Below are positions 55,294-64,000 of a stretch of 64,000 nt of DNA, one piece after another. Under the pieces are notes generated by a model. That model was not told where the DNA came from, made no database searches, and was given only the letters and a program-made list of their open reading frames with translations. Position 1 is the stretch's first letter; each line of letters starts with the position of its first letter. Origin of the DNA: an uncultured Planctomycetia bacterium (GTDB lineage: Bacteria > Omnitrophota > Gorgyraeia > JABMRG01 > JAFGKX01); the NCBI GenBank assembly GCA_964570585.1, contig CAZMYR010000003.1, forward strand, positions 22,749-86,748, written 5' to 3'. The translations under genes were made by a program, and so were the position numbers.

Positions 55294-57345
55294 TCACGCT
55301 CCTGAAGCTTCCTCTTTCACTGCCTTCGCCTTCGCTATTATCTGTTGAGCTACCTTATCCGGCACCTGCTCATAACGAGAAAATTTCATTGTGTAGGAAC
55401 CTTTGCCTGCTGTCATAGAACGTAACTCTGTCGCATATTTAAGCATCTCAGCCAAAGGTACCTGTGCTTTTACTATCTGATTTGCACCTTTGGGTTCCAT
55501 TCCCATAATTCTTCCTCTTCGAGAATTTAAATCGCCGGTTATGTTTCCCATAGCATCTTCAGGCACTACTACCTCTACATCCATAATCGGCTCTAATAAC
55601 ACAGGGTTGGCTTGTTTTAATCCATTTTTCATCGCGGTACTTGCTGCAATCTTAAATGCCATTTCGGAGGAATCCACTGTATGAAAGGACCCATCAAAAA
55701 GGGTAACCTTAACACCCGCCACCGGCGCACCGATTAATATCCCTGCTTGCATAGTTGCTTTTACGCCTTTCTCAACGCCGGGAATATACCCTCTTGGTAT
55801 AGCCCCACCGGCAATCTTATCCACAAACTCATAATTTTCGCCTCGAGGAAGCGGTTCAAGCTTAAGATAAACTTCACCATACTGGCCATGGCCTCCTGTC
55901 TGCTTCTTATGTTTATAACTGACCTCGACCTTCTTCCTTATAGTTTCTTTATAGGCCACCTTGGGCGTGCCAATCTCAACCTCAACTTTAAAATTCCTCT
56001 TCAGCCTTTCAATCATAATCTTAAGATGTAAGTCCCCTAATCCCGATACTATCAATTCTTTTGTCTGTTGATTCCTTCCATACTTAAATGTTGGGTCCTC
56101 ACTGCCCAATTTTGAGAGAGCGGTCATTATCCTTTCTTCATCTTGTCTGGTCTTTGGCTCAAGTGATAATGATATAGCAGGCTCCGGCATTTTAATTGTA
56201 TCAAATTCAAGCTGCCTTGATTCGTTGCATATAGTATCACCTGTGGTTGTCTCCTTTAATTTTGCGACTGCAGCTATATCGCCGGCCCGGACCTTGTCTA
56301 TCCCTTCCTGCTCTTTTCCCTTAAGCAGAAATATCTGGCCTATTTTTTCCCTGGCAGATTTATTTACATTATAAAATCCTGTATTGGATGGCAGGCTTCC
56401 GGAAAACACTCTAAAGATGGTAAGTTGTCCGACGTAAGGATCGATGATTGTCTTGAAAACTTGTGCAGCAAAAGGTTCATCAGCGGAAACTTTATATTTT
56501 ATAGGATTGGTTCCATCGGGCGAGGTAGCCTGTATTAGGGCTGCATCTTGTGGCGAAGGAGCAAATTTTATAATACCATTTATAAGCTCATCTACGCCAA
56601 TTCCTTTAGTAGCCGAACCGCAAAATACAGGATGTGTATTGCCTATACTTACTGCCTTTTTAAGGCCATTTATTATTTCATCCTGAGAGAGCTCTTCTCC
56701 CACAAGATATTTTTCGATTAATGCATCATCTGTTTCAGCTATTGCCTCTATAAGCTGCTCTCTATATTTTAGGGCCTTATCTTTATCATCGCCTGAAATA
56801 CTCTCGACGGTAGCCTTATTCAATAAATCAACCACCTTCTCAAAAGAGGTTTCTTTACCTATCGGATATGTAATAGGGACGCAATTTTTTCCAAATTCTT
56901 TCTGCACTGCCTCAATCGTTTTCTCAAAACTTGAATGTTCCTTATCTAACTTATTTATAAATAAAAATGAAGGCTTTTTAGCTTCTTTTAACATATCCCA
57001 CATCCGGGACGTGCCTATCTCTACTCCGTTTACCCCGCATACTAAACACAGCCCACAGCCAGCAGCACGAAGAGATGAAAAAACTCCACCTATAAAATCT
57101 GCATAACCCGGGGTATCTAAAAGATTTATTCTTTTTGAGTCTTTTTCAATGCTAAGCACCTTTGGATCAATCGTAATCTTTCTTTCAATTTCATCCGGGT
57201 TATAATCGCACATACTGGTACCTTCATCAACGCTACCACGTCTTGTGTTTACCTTTGCAGCAAATAGTATAGAATCTATTAAAGATGTCTTTCCGGCACT
57301 CGAATGAGATAAAAATACAATATTTCTTATATCCTTAACATCCAT
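55294..57345 (-). CDS. elongation factor G paralog (EF-G2-like translational GTPase)
   Basis: 683 aa, G-domain motifs, divergent from fusA at 18993. Confidence 0.8.
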   Translation of the reverse strand: MDVKDIRNIVFLSHSSAGKTSLIDSILFAAKVNTRRGSVDEGTSMCDYNPDEIERKITIDPKVLSIEKDSKRINLLDTPGYADFIGGVFSSLRAAGCGLCLVCGVNGVEIGTSRMWDMLKEAKKPSFLFINKLDKEHSSFEKTIEAVQKEFGKNCVPITYPIGKETSFEKVVDLLNKATVESISGDDKDKALKYREQLIEAIAETDDALIEKYLVGEELSQDEIINGLKKAVSIGNTHPVFCGSATKGIGVDELINGIIKFAPSPQDAALIQATSPDGTNPIKYKVSADEPFAAQVFKTIIDPYVGQLTIFRVFSGSLPSNTGFYNVNKSAREKIGQIFLLKGKEQEGIDKVRAGDIAAVAKLKETTTGDTICNESRQLEFDTIKMPEPAISLSLEPKTRQDEERIMTALSKLGSEDPTFKYGRNQQTKELIVSGLGDLHLKIMIERLKRNFKVEVEIGTPKVAYKETIRKKVEVSYKHKKQTGGHGQYGEVYLKLEPLPRGENYEFVDKIAGGAIPRGYIPGVEKGVKATMQAGILIGAPVAGVKVTLFDGSFHTVDSSEMAFKIAASTAMKNGLKQANPVLLEPIMDVEVVVPEDAMGNITGDLNSRRGRIMGMEPKGANQIVKAQVPLAEMLKYATELRSMTAGKGSYTMKFSRYEQVPDKVAQQIIAKAKAVKEEASGA

Positions 57346-57670
57346 CAGTTAGGAAAATTACTTTCTGTTCTGTGTATGAAATTAATTACAGGTGTGAAGT
57401 ATTTCAATATAAAACTAATTATAATAGCGGAGCACCAGTATTGTCAAGCAAAAAGGGATGGTCTTTTGTTGCACTGCGGAGAATGAGTTCTTTAACTTCT
57501 GATAGCCCAACAAATTGGGCAACTAACCATTCTTGTCCACGGTGATGTAATAGCAATGCACAGGGGAAGTTTCTACATAAATCAGCCAGGCCACTGGAGT
57601 ACTTATCTGTAATATCCTTGAGCCTGATGGTATATTCTGCAAGCTCTTTAATATTGCTGTGTTTTTGTTA

Positions 57671-57748
57671 TTCATCCCGCACCTTCCTTCATTCCCGCTT
57701 ACCTTCTTAATATTGCAAATTTGAATACAAAGAAGGTGCGGGATTCAT
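57671..57748. repeat. palindromic element family D, copy 2; right arm overlaps the stop codon of ORF 57745-58035
   Basis: read directly. Confidence 0.8.
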
Positions 57749-58035
57749 ATATTCATCTCCACTTTCTTTCTTAATCTATGTAAATCCTCCACTATCTTAT
57801 CAATGTTGACTACGCGTTTTATCTTAGGGAGCCCAAAGGCGACCATCCTCACCCTCGCCGGGCCTATCACACTTTTATTTATTGTGTCTTTATCAATCGC
57901 TGTTTGTTTTTGCCAGGCTTGTGTAATCACCGGAGTTACTGCACTAAAACCAGCAGCAAGCGCTGGTAACGCCTTTCCGTTTGACAAAACTTGAGATAAA
58001 ATAATTATAACGATGATAAATTTAATCAGTCTCAT
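57745..58035 (-). CDS. small secreted hypothetical protein (signal peptide plus about 70 aa)
   Basis: N-terminal hydrophobic signal MRLIKFIIVIIILSQVLS. Confidence 0.4.
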   Translation of the reverse strand: MRLIKFIIVIIILSQVLSNGKALPALAAGFSAVTPVITQAWQKQTAIDKDTINKSVIGPARVRMVAFGLPKIKRVVNIDKIVEDLHRLRKKVEMNI

Positions 58036-58366
58036 TTTTTGCTCCTTTCTTTAATTTCTTTAATTCTTCTGCAAGGTTAGGAAGCGCTTTTTTTAAAAGT
58101 TCACCTATTCTTTGTTCTAACTCTTCTTGCGAGTGCACCAAATTGCCTGATATCTCCATTTTCCTAACCGCCTCTACTATCGCCTGTATTATTTCTGTTC
58201 GAGAAAGTTTTTTTCCGGTTGAAAACAAGGCATCTTTGCTAATTTTGTCTATAAAATCTAACTGCTCCCTTGCAAGAAATGCAATAACCCTGCCTACATG
58301 TTTAGCATTATGGCTAATCTGTGCAAACCGAGAGGGGCGTTTATGATTTATGTGTGTGTTTGTCAT
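58022..58366 (-). CDS. hypothetical protein (114 aa from ATG at 58366 behind GGAGG; His-rich N-terminus, possible HTH)
   Basis: ORF with good RBS; no recognised domain. Confidence 0.45.
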   Translation of the reverse strand: MTNTHINHKRPSRFAQISHNAKHVGRVIAFLAREQLDFIDKISKDALFSTGKKLSRTEIIQAIVEAVRKMEISGNLVHSQEELEQRIGELLKKALPNLAEELKKLKKGAKNETD

Positions 58367-58388
58367 TTTAGATACCTCCAATAAAAAA

Positions 58389-58422
58389 AAGCCCTATTCT
58401 TACCTAAGAAAGAATAGGGCTT
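58389..58422 (-). terminator. intrinsic terminator: 13-bp perfect stem AAGCCCTATTCTT/AAGAATAGGGCTT plus U8, placed inside the 5' leader of ORF 58022-58366
   Basis: read directly; upstream segment 58436-58445 can pair with the 5' arm as an antiterminator. Confidence 0.6.
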
Positions 58423-58553
58423 TTAAACTTCCGCTCTATTCTTTCGGCAGCCCGACTCTCCCAGACTCGTGGGACTCGTAGCTTTGCGTCCCATTCTTAC
58501 GAATGGTTTGCCTTTATCGAGAATTTCCTTTAAAAGAGCTTTTTGTTTCTACA

Positions 58554-58585
58554 TTAAGTATGCCCAATATTTTTAAAAAAGTCAA
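58554..58585 (-). promoter_or_regulatory. putative promoter TTGACT-17 nt-CATACT for the leader and small ORFs
   Basis: good -35, weak -10. Confidence 0.3.
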
Positions 58586-58677
58586 GAGGTGAGAAGATAT
58601 TTTTTTATTTTTGTACTTTTGTCACTTTTTACATTTGTGAATCGCCAACGAAAGTCCCATACCAATTCTCGCAGAGA

Positions 58678-58906
58678 CGCATCGTTAGGTTTTGTGTGCT
58701 TTGCCTCCGCTTGCCGCTTGCTCAGGTCTGTGGCAATTCTCGCAGGGACGCAAAAAATCCCCAGCGTGGATTTTTTGCTCTGTCCTCGGCCTCGCTCTTT
58801 TTGTCCCGAAATTTCGGGATAAGAAACCATGCCCGCTCGGCCTGCGCAAGCCCTGCTCGAATTGCCACAGGACCTTCGCTTTTGTTGACAGTCGCTACGG
58901 CAAAGC
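58678..58906. repeat. GC-rich element with nested perfect inverted repeats (outer 18 bp GGTTTTGTGTGCTTTGCC; inner 12 bp; internal 11-bp hairpin); non-coding
   Basis: read directly; overlapping ORFs in several frames on both strands. Confidence 0.6.
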
Positions 58907-59212
58907 ACACAAAACCTTTAGACTCCGCCCTGTTCAAATTGTTATAGGAGCTTCTGCTTTAAATCCAAACAAAATATTATCCTACAAAAGTAAAAACTAA
59001 AGGGGTGGACGCAGAGAGGAAAATAGGCGCTCGGGGTATCGTGGAGCGAGACATTAGAAATTTTTTACCAAATGTCTTTTTAGGATTTATGGCGAGTGAG
59101 ACGACGGAACTGACTCGCTACTTTCTAGCTAAAGAATTCCGTCAAGCGAACGAGCCATAAGTTCAAAAAGACGGCAAAAAATTTCAGTCTCGCGAAACAA
59201 TACCCTGAGCGC

Positions 59213-60373
59213 CTATTTCCCCATGCCGATATTCTGGGCTCGCTGGAAGACTTTTCCTTCGGTTTGGATAGATGGGGCGATTATCAGCTTTGTTTTCTGC
59301 ATTTCTTTTATATTGCGGGCGCCGACATTGCCCATAGAAGTGGTGAGTGCACCCATTAAATTCTGAGTTCCATCATCCAATCTTGCAGGGCCGAATAATA
59401 TCTCTTTTAATGTGCCGGTCGTTCCCACCTTTATTCTGGTGCCACGTGGCAGGTTTGCGTGAGGAGTAGCCATACCCCAGTGATAACCTCCGCCAGGGGC
59501 TTCTTTTGCTCTGGCAAAAGCAGAACCTACCATAACAGCATCGGCACCGGAGGCAAATGCCTTGCATATATCCCCACCGGTACTCATTCCACCGTCTGTT
59601 ATAATGGGGATGTATTTTTTCTTCTTCTTAAAATAATTGTTTCTTGCTGCAACACAATCGACAGTAGCAGTCACTTGCGGAAGACCAATTCCTAAAACTC
59701 CTCTTGTGGTGCAGGCAGCGCCAGGGCCGATTCCTACCAAAAGGCCGTTTATTCCTGTTTCCATAAGCTCAAGCGTAGTTTTGTAGCTGCAGGTATTTCC
59801 GACAATTACAGGGATTTTCATGTTTTGGCAGAATTTTTTAAAATTTAGCACCTTGTATTCTTTGGATATATGTTTTACGGTTGTAACTGTTGACTGGACC
59901 ACAAATATATCACATCCGGCATCCTGGGCTATTTTGCCGAACCTCTCCGCTCTTTGCGGTATGGCACTTACTACTGCCGGAACTCCTTTAGATTTAATTT
60001 CCTTTATCCTTTTTACTATTAACTTCTCTTTTATTGGCTTCGTATATATGCTTTGGACTAGTTCAGTCGCTTCCTGAGGCGCGGCTTTAGCTATTTTCCT
60101 CAAAACAATATCTGGATTTTCATATCTTGTCTGGATGCCCTCTAAATTTAATACAGCAAAACCTCCGAGTTTGCCAAAGGCAATTGCAAATCGGACATTA
60201 ACCACTCCGTCCATCGCTGCTGCGATTATAGGGACATGAAATTTGTGTTTGTCTATCTTCCAGGATGTATCAACTTCATTTGGGTTTATGGTTACATCAC
60301 CGGGAACAAGTGCTACTTCATCAAAGCCATAACAACGTCTTGCGGTTCTATCTTTTCCTATATATAATCCCAT
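59213..60373 (-). CDS. IMP dehydrogenase/GMP reductase family protein lacking the CBS pair
   Basis: 386 aa TIM barrel with conserved IMPDH motifs. Confidence 0.8.
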   Translation of the reverse strand: MGLYIGKDRTARRCYGFDEVALVPGDVTINPNEVDTSWKIDKHKFHVPIIAAAMDGVVNVRFAIAFGKLGGFAVLNLEGIQTRYENPDIVLRKIAKAAPQEATELVQSIYTKPIKEKLIVKRIKEIKSKGVPAVVSAIPQRAERFGKIAQDAGCDIFVVQSTVTTVKHISKEYKVLNFKKFCQNMKIPVIVGNTCSYKTTLELMETGINGLLVGIGPGAACTTRGVLGIGLPQVTATVDCVAARNNYFKKKKKYIPIITDGGMSTGGDICKAFASGADAVMVGSAFARAKEAPGGGYHWGMATPHANLPRGTRIKVGTTGTLKEILFGPARLDDGTQNLMGALTTSMGNVGARNIKEMQKTKLIIAPSIQTEGKVFQRAQNIGMGK

Positions 60374-60388
60374 CTGCTTCTCCTTTGC

Positions 60389-60480
60389 AGTTCTAAAAGT
60401 TCTAAAGGTTCTAAAGGTTCTAAAAGTTCTAAAAGTTCTGAACTTTTGGAACTTTTTAACTTTTTAAACTTTTTTAACTG
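60389..60480. repeat. paired complementary tandem arrays (GTTCTAAARG)n / (AACTTTTT)n upstream of the IMPDH-family gene
   Basis: same family as 46776-46876. Confidence 0.9.
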
Positions 60481-60579
60481 TTTAACCTACAGATTATATC
60501 CACATGCAAAATTATGTCAATACAAATTGCTTACACAGATAATCGCAGATTTAGAACAGATGATAGCAGATATCCCTGA

Positions 60580-62067
60580 TTATCTGTGCATTTTGAAATT
60601 CCATACAACAAAATTGCTTTCTATATCTTCAACATGCAAGCGGTAAATATCATACATAGCTTTTTCTAAAACTATACCTGAGTTTAATTTCTCCAGCAAT
60701 TTCTTAAATTTGTATTTTCCGTATCTGTCTATGAGATATTTTAAAAATAGTTTTGACAAGAGATAACCCGATCTTATTTTTTTATAACCGGCTGACGAAA
60801 ATAAACTATCTATCCGATTTAATTTAAAAGGTTCTTCTTTTTTAAAAATCTCATTCAATAAATTTTTATCCTGCCGGTTTAAACTTCGCTCCGGTTCTGC
60901 TAGCTGTGCAAATCCTTCATGTAACCAAACAGGTATATTTTTAGGATATAATATATGCAATACTGCATGCCCATATTCATGGTATATGACTCTTCTTGGA
61001 CCTTGCTGCTCTCCTAATACATCTCCTACCCTTAAGCGAACTTTACCATCATATAAGCCTAAGGTCCAATCTAACTTCTGGGTCGCCTGTCTAAATTGTT
61101 CTGCGGTGTAAATAATTACTGTAACCTTTTTATCGGTAAAAAAGCCAAAATCACTCTTCACCTTGCGGCGGGCATCTTCCAACATATCTATTATATCCCA
61201 TACTAAATCCGGGTCCCTTTCGCCTTCAAACCTGATATCGAAATGGGCACGGGCGCGAGTCTTAAAATCCTCCTCAATCTCAAGCTCCCTGGTTGCTTTG
61301 GCAAGTGTTTCTTTAAGGCCGGAGATGGTAGAATCTAAACTTAATGCCTTATTCCAATACTCAACAGCTTTTTTAAGTTCATTCTGCTGATAATAAATAT
61401 TGCCTAAGAATACATATGCAGCAGGTTTGCTAGAATCATAATCTATGCAATCTCTGGCTAAATTTAATGCTTCCTGTAAGCGCCCTATATTAAAACTTAT
61501 CTTGGCCTCTTGAAGGGTTGTATTATATATATTGTCCTTAAAAGTAATATTTTCCGGATCGAATTTCAGCGCTTCTTTAAAATTGCTTAAGGCAAGGTCA
61601 TATCTGCCTTTTTCAAAAAGAGATAATGCATAATTGTTGTAATAAATGGCAATTTGTTTAGGATAGGCAGAACCGGAGGGGTCTTTATCATATGCCCTTT
61701 TTTCATATCTTATGGCATCTAACCATAATCTATCTTTCGCCAATTGCCCCGCTAAATAATGGCAGGCAGTGCTTAAATTTTTGTTTATAATCTGGTTATC
61801 CGGCTCTAGGTCGCTGGCTGATTCAAATGCAATAACGGCATTTTCATAATCGCCGGCTTCCATATATCTTAAGCCCTGCTGGTTTACCCCGTTAGAAGTT
61901 TCTTCACTGCCTTCAAAATATGAACTTCTAACGGGGTTTAATTCAGAAACCTCGTCGGCACTGGCAGCAGTTATAAGACCGGCTAATATAAAAAATAAGA
62001 CAATTATTGTAAACAAAAAAGGCCCCGAATTTTCGGGGCCTTTTTTCTGAAGGGATTTATATCCCAT
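60580..62067 (-). CDS. membrane-anchored TPR-repeat protein with C-terminal HExxH...E zinc-metallopeptidase-like domain
   Basis: N-terminal TM, TPR motifs, HEYGHAVLH...HEGFAQLAE. Confidence 0.6.
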   Translation of the reverse strand: MGYKSLQKKGPENSGPFLFTIIVLFFILAGLITAASADEVSELNPVRSSYFEGSEETSNGVNQQGLRYMEAGDYENAVIAFESASDLEPDNQIINKNLSTACHYLAGQLAKDRLWLDAIRYEKRAYDKDPSGSAYPKQIAIYYNNYALSLFEKGRYDLALSNFKEALKFDPENITFKDNIYNTTLQEAKISFNIGRLQEALNLARDCIDYDSSKPAAYVFLGNIYYQQNELKKAVEYWNKALSLDSTISGLKETLAKATRELEIEEDFKTRARAHFDIRFEGERDPDLVWDIIDMLEDARRKVKSDFGFFTDKKVTVIIYTAEQFRQATQKLDWTLGLYDGKVRLRVGDVLGEQQGPRRVIYHEYGHAVLHILYPKNIPVWLHEGFAQLAEPERSLNRQDKNLLNEIFKKEEPFKLNRIDSLFSSAGYKKIRSGYLLSKLFLKYLIDRYGKYKFKKLLEKLNSGIVLEKAMYDIYRLHVEDIESNFVVWNFKMHR

Positions 62068-62068
62068 C

Positions 62069-63703
62069 TTAATACATTCCTCCTCCCATTCCGCCACCGG
62101 GTGGCATGGCAGGCATGGCAGGTTTTTCTTTCTCCGGAATATCGCTTACCACGCTCTCTGTTGTTATCATAAGCGCAGCTATGCTGGCTGCATTCTGAAG
62201 GGCGGTCCTGGTAACCTTGGTCGGATCCATGACGCCGCCTTCTATCATATCTTTATATTCTCCCTTTTCAGCATCAAAACCAAAGTTGCCCTTTTCACCC
62301 TTTACCCTTTGCGCAACTACAGAACCTTCCTCGCCGGCATTTTCTGCAATTTGCCTGATTGGCGCTTCAAGAGCTCTACGAATTATCTCTACGCCAACTT
62401 TTTCATCACCTTTTGCTTTTACACCATCGAGCGCGTTGATTGCACGGAGCAAAGCTACGCCGCCGCCTGCAACGATGCCTTCTTCTACAGCGGCGCGGGT
62501 TGCATGAAGGGCATCCTCAACTCTGGCCTTTTTCTCCTTCATTTCGGTTTCAGTGGCTGCGCCGACATTTATTACTGCAACCCCTCCGGATAATTTGGCC
62601 AGGCGCTCCTGCAATTTCTCTTTATCATAATCGGAATCGCTTTCTTCTATCTGTTTTTTAATCTGATTTATCCTGGCATTTATCTGGCTTGATGAGCCGG
62701 CCCCTTCTATTATAGTAGTATTTTCTTTATCGATAGAGACTCTTTTTGCCCTGCCTAAATCATCTAAAGTTACACTTTCTAACTTTATGCCTAAATCTTC
62801 GGTAACGGCTTTGCCTTTGGTAAGGACTGCTATATCATCAAGCATAGCCTTACGTCTGTCACCGTAACCGGGGGCCTTTACTGCTGCGCAGGCTAATGTT
62901 CCGCGAATCTTATTTACTACCAGGGTGGCTAAAGCCTCACCATCAACCTCTTCTGCTATGATAAGGAGCGGTTTTCCTGTTCTTGCTATCTGCTCAAGCA
63001 AAGGAATCATATCCTTCATAACAGATATTTTTTTCTCGTGTATGAGGATGTAAGGGTCTTCCAGTGAAACTTCCATTTTCTCCGCATTGGTAACAAAATA
63101 AGGTGATAGATAACCCTGGTCAAACTGCATACCCTCAACCAGATCAAGGGATGTCTCCATAGCTTTAGCTTCTTCAACAGTAATTACACCATCTTTTCCT
63201 ACCTTTTCCATAGCTTCAGCTATAAGATTGCCTATGGTGTTGTCTCCGTTGGCTGCTATTGTCCCTACTTGCGAAATCTCTGTTTTATTTTTTACATCCT
63301 TTTTTGTCTTATTTAAATAATCAACCACTGCCTCTACCGCCTTTTCAACCCCTCTTTTAAGAGCCATGGGATTGGCTCCTGCTGTGACATTCTTTGAGCC
63401 CTCGCCGTATATTGCTTCTGCCAAGATTGTAGCAGTGGTGGTGCCGTCGCCTGCAACATCTGAGGTTTTGGATGCAACCTCTTTTACCAGCTCGGCTCCT
63501 ATGTTCTCGTAGGGGTCCTCAAGTTCTATCTCTTTTGCTACAGTAACGCCGTCCTTGGTAATTGTAGGCGAGCCGAATTTCTTCTCAAGGACCACGTTTC
63601 TTCCTTTTGGGCCTAAAGTAATCTTCACGGCTTTTGCTAATATTTCTATGCCCGCTTTAATAGCCCTTCTGGCTTCATCGCTAAAAATTAATTGTTTTGC
63701 CAT
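62069..63703 (-). CDS. groEL: chaperonin GroEL
   Basis: 544 aa, GGM C-terminal repeats. Confidence 0.95.
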   Translation of the reverse strand: MAKQLIFSDEARRAIKAGIEILAKAVKITLGPKGRNVVLEKKFGSPTITKDGVTVAKEIELEDPYENIGAELVKEVASKTSDVAGDGTTTATILAEAIYGEGSKNVTAGANPMALKRGVEKAVEAVVDYLNKTKKDVKNKTEISQVGTIAANGDNTIGNLIAEAMEKVGKDGVITVEEAKAMETSLDLVEGMQFDQGYLSPYFVTNAEKMEVSLEDPYILIHEKKISVMKDMIPLLEQIARTGKPLLIIAEEVDGEALATLVVNKIRGTLACAAVKAPGYGDRRKAMLDDIAVLTKGKAVTEDLGIKLESVTLDDLGRAKRVSIDKENTTIIEGAGSSSQINARINQIKKQIEESDSDYDKEKLQERLAKLSGGVAVINVGAATETEMKEKKARVEDALHATRAAVEEGIVAGGGVALLRAINALDGVKAKGDEKVGVEIIRRALEAPIRQIAENAGEEGSVVAQRVKGEKGNFGFDAEKGEYKDMIEGGVMDPTKVTRTALQNAASIAALMITTESVVSDIPEKEKPAMPAMPPGGGMGGGMY

Positions 63704-63722
63704 ATCCTTTCACCTCCAAATT

Positions 63723-64000
63723 TCATTCAATTATAGCTAATACATCCTCTTCTTTTACAATAAGATGCTCTTCACCTTCAATCTTTATCTCTGTGCCAGA
63801 ATACTTGCCATATAAAACTTTATCGCCTACTTTAACTTCCAGAGGTTCCGCTTTGCCGCTTTCAAGTGTTTTGCCCTTTCCCACAGCTATTACCTTGCCT
63901 TCCTGGGGTTTTTCCTTTGCTGTATCGGGCAGGATAATACCGCCTTTCGTCTTCTCCTCTGCTTTTAATGGCTTTATCAATATTCTATCTCCCAAAGGTT
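63723..64000 (-). CDS. groES: co-chaperonin GroES, 5' end truncated by the window edge (track M is an internal TTG)
   Basis: GDRILIKPL...IIE; the reading frame continues upstream past 64000. Confidence 0.85.
   Translation of the reverse strand, partial: PLGDRILIKPLKAEEKTKGGIILPDTAKEKPQEGKVIAVGKGKTLESGKAEPLEVKVGDKVLYGKYSGTEIKIEGEEHLIVKEEDVLAIIE

Noticed and set aside
58651-58665. GAAAGUCC resembling the RNase P RNA P4 motif
   Set aside because: The following sequence CAUACC does not match GGGCUCCAUAGGGCA, and no complementary CCCGGCUUA strand or other universal RNase P features were found on either strand.
58678-58906. Retron msr/msd-like ncRNA (perfect terminal inverted repeats plus long internal hairpin)
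   Set aside because: No reverse transcriptase ORF nearby; neighbours are only 96-119 aa. Kept as a weak alternative in the finding.
60446-60646. 66-aa plus-strand ORF upstream of the IMPDH-family gene
   Set aside because: Overlaps the tandem-array hairpin and the 3' end of the TPR gene on the opposite strand; no support.

Overview
Bacterial chromosomal window, AT-rich, transcribed almost entirely from the minus strand. The first 35 kb is the conserved translation/transcription super-cluster, here in transcription order (high to low coordinates): tRNA-Thr, tuf, rpmG, tRNA-Trp, secE, nusG, rplK-A-J-L, rpoB, rpoC, rpsL, rpsG, fusA, a second tuf copy, the S10/spc/alpha ribosomal-protein operons (rpsJ through rplQ, including rpmJ, infA, map, adk, secY), then an aconitase-family (leuC-like) gene. 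No rpmD (L30) is present. The second half carries recG, rpmB, an otsB-otsA-mscS osmoadaptation operon, recJ, fused secDF, yajC, a queuosine cluster (tgt, queA, SpoIID-like gene, queH), ruvC-ruvA and ruvB separated by an inserted cassette (two tandem type IV pilin-like genes, a small ORF and a nucleotidyltransferase), yebC, an EF-G paralog, two small ORFs behind an attenuator-like leader, an IMPDH-family gene, a TPR/HExxH membrane protein and groEL-groES (groES runs off the window). I saw no rRNA, CRISPR array or transposase. The most unusual feature is non-coding: nearly every intercistronic spacer is filled either by perfect palindromic elements (at least seven sequence families with 2-6 copies each) or by paired complementary tandem-repeat arrays built around ACTTAC/GTAAGT-like cores. 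Several of these sit exactly on stop and start codons or just upstream of Shine-Dalgarno sites, and one family shows compensatory base changes between copies. Many ribosomal proteins carry Lys/Glu-rich low-complexity extensions. The ORF track uses alternative start codons and over-extends several genes into repeats; I trimmed those where homology was clear. Coordinates of features I located by hand (not anchored to the ORF track) may be off by a few nucleotides.
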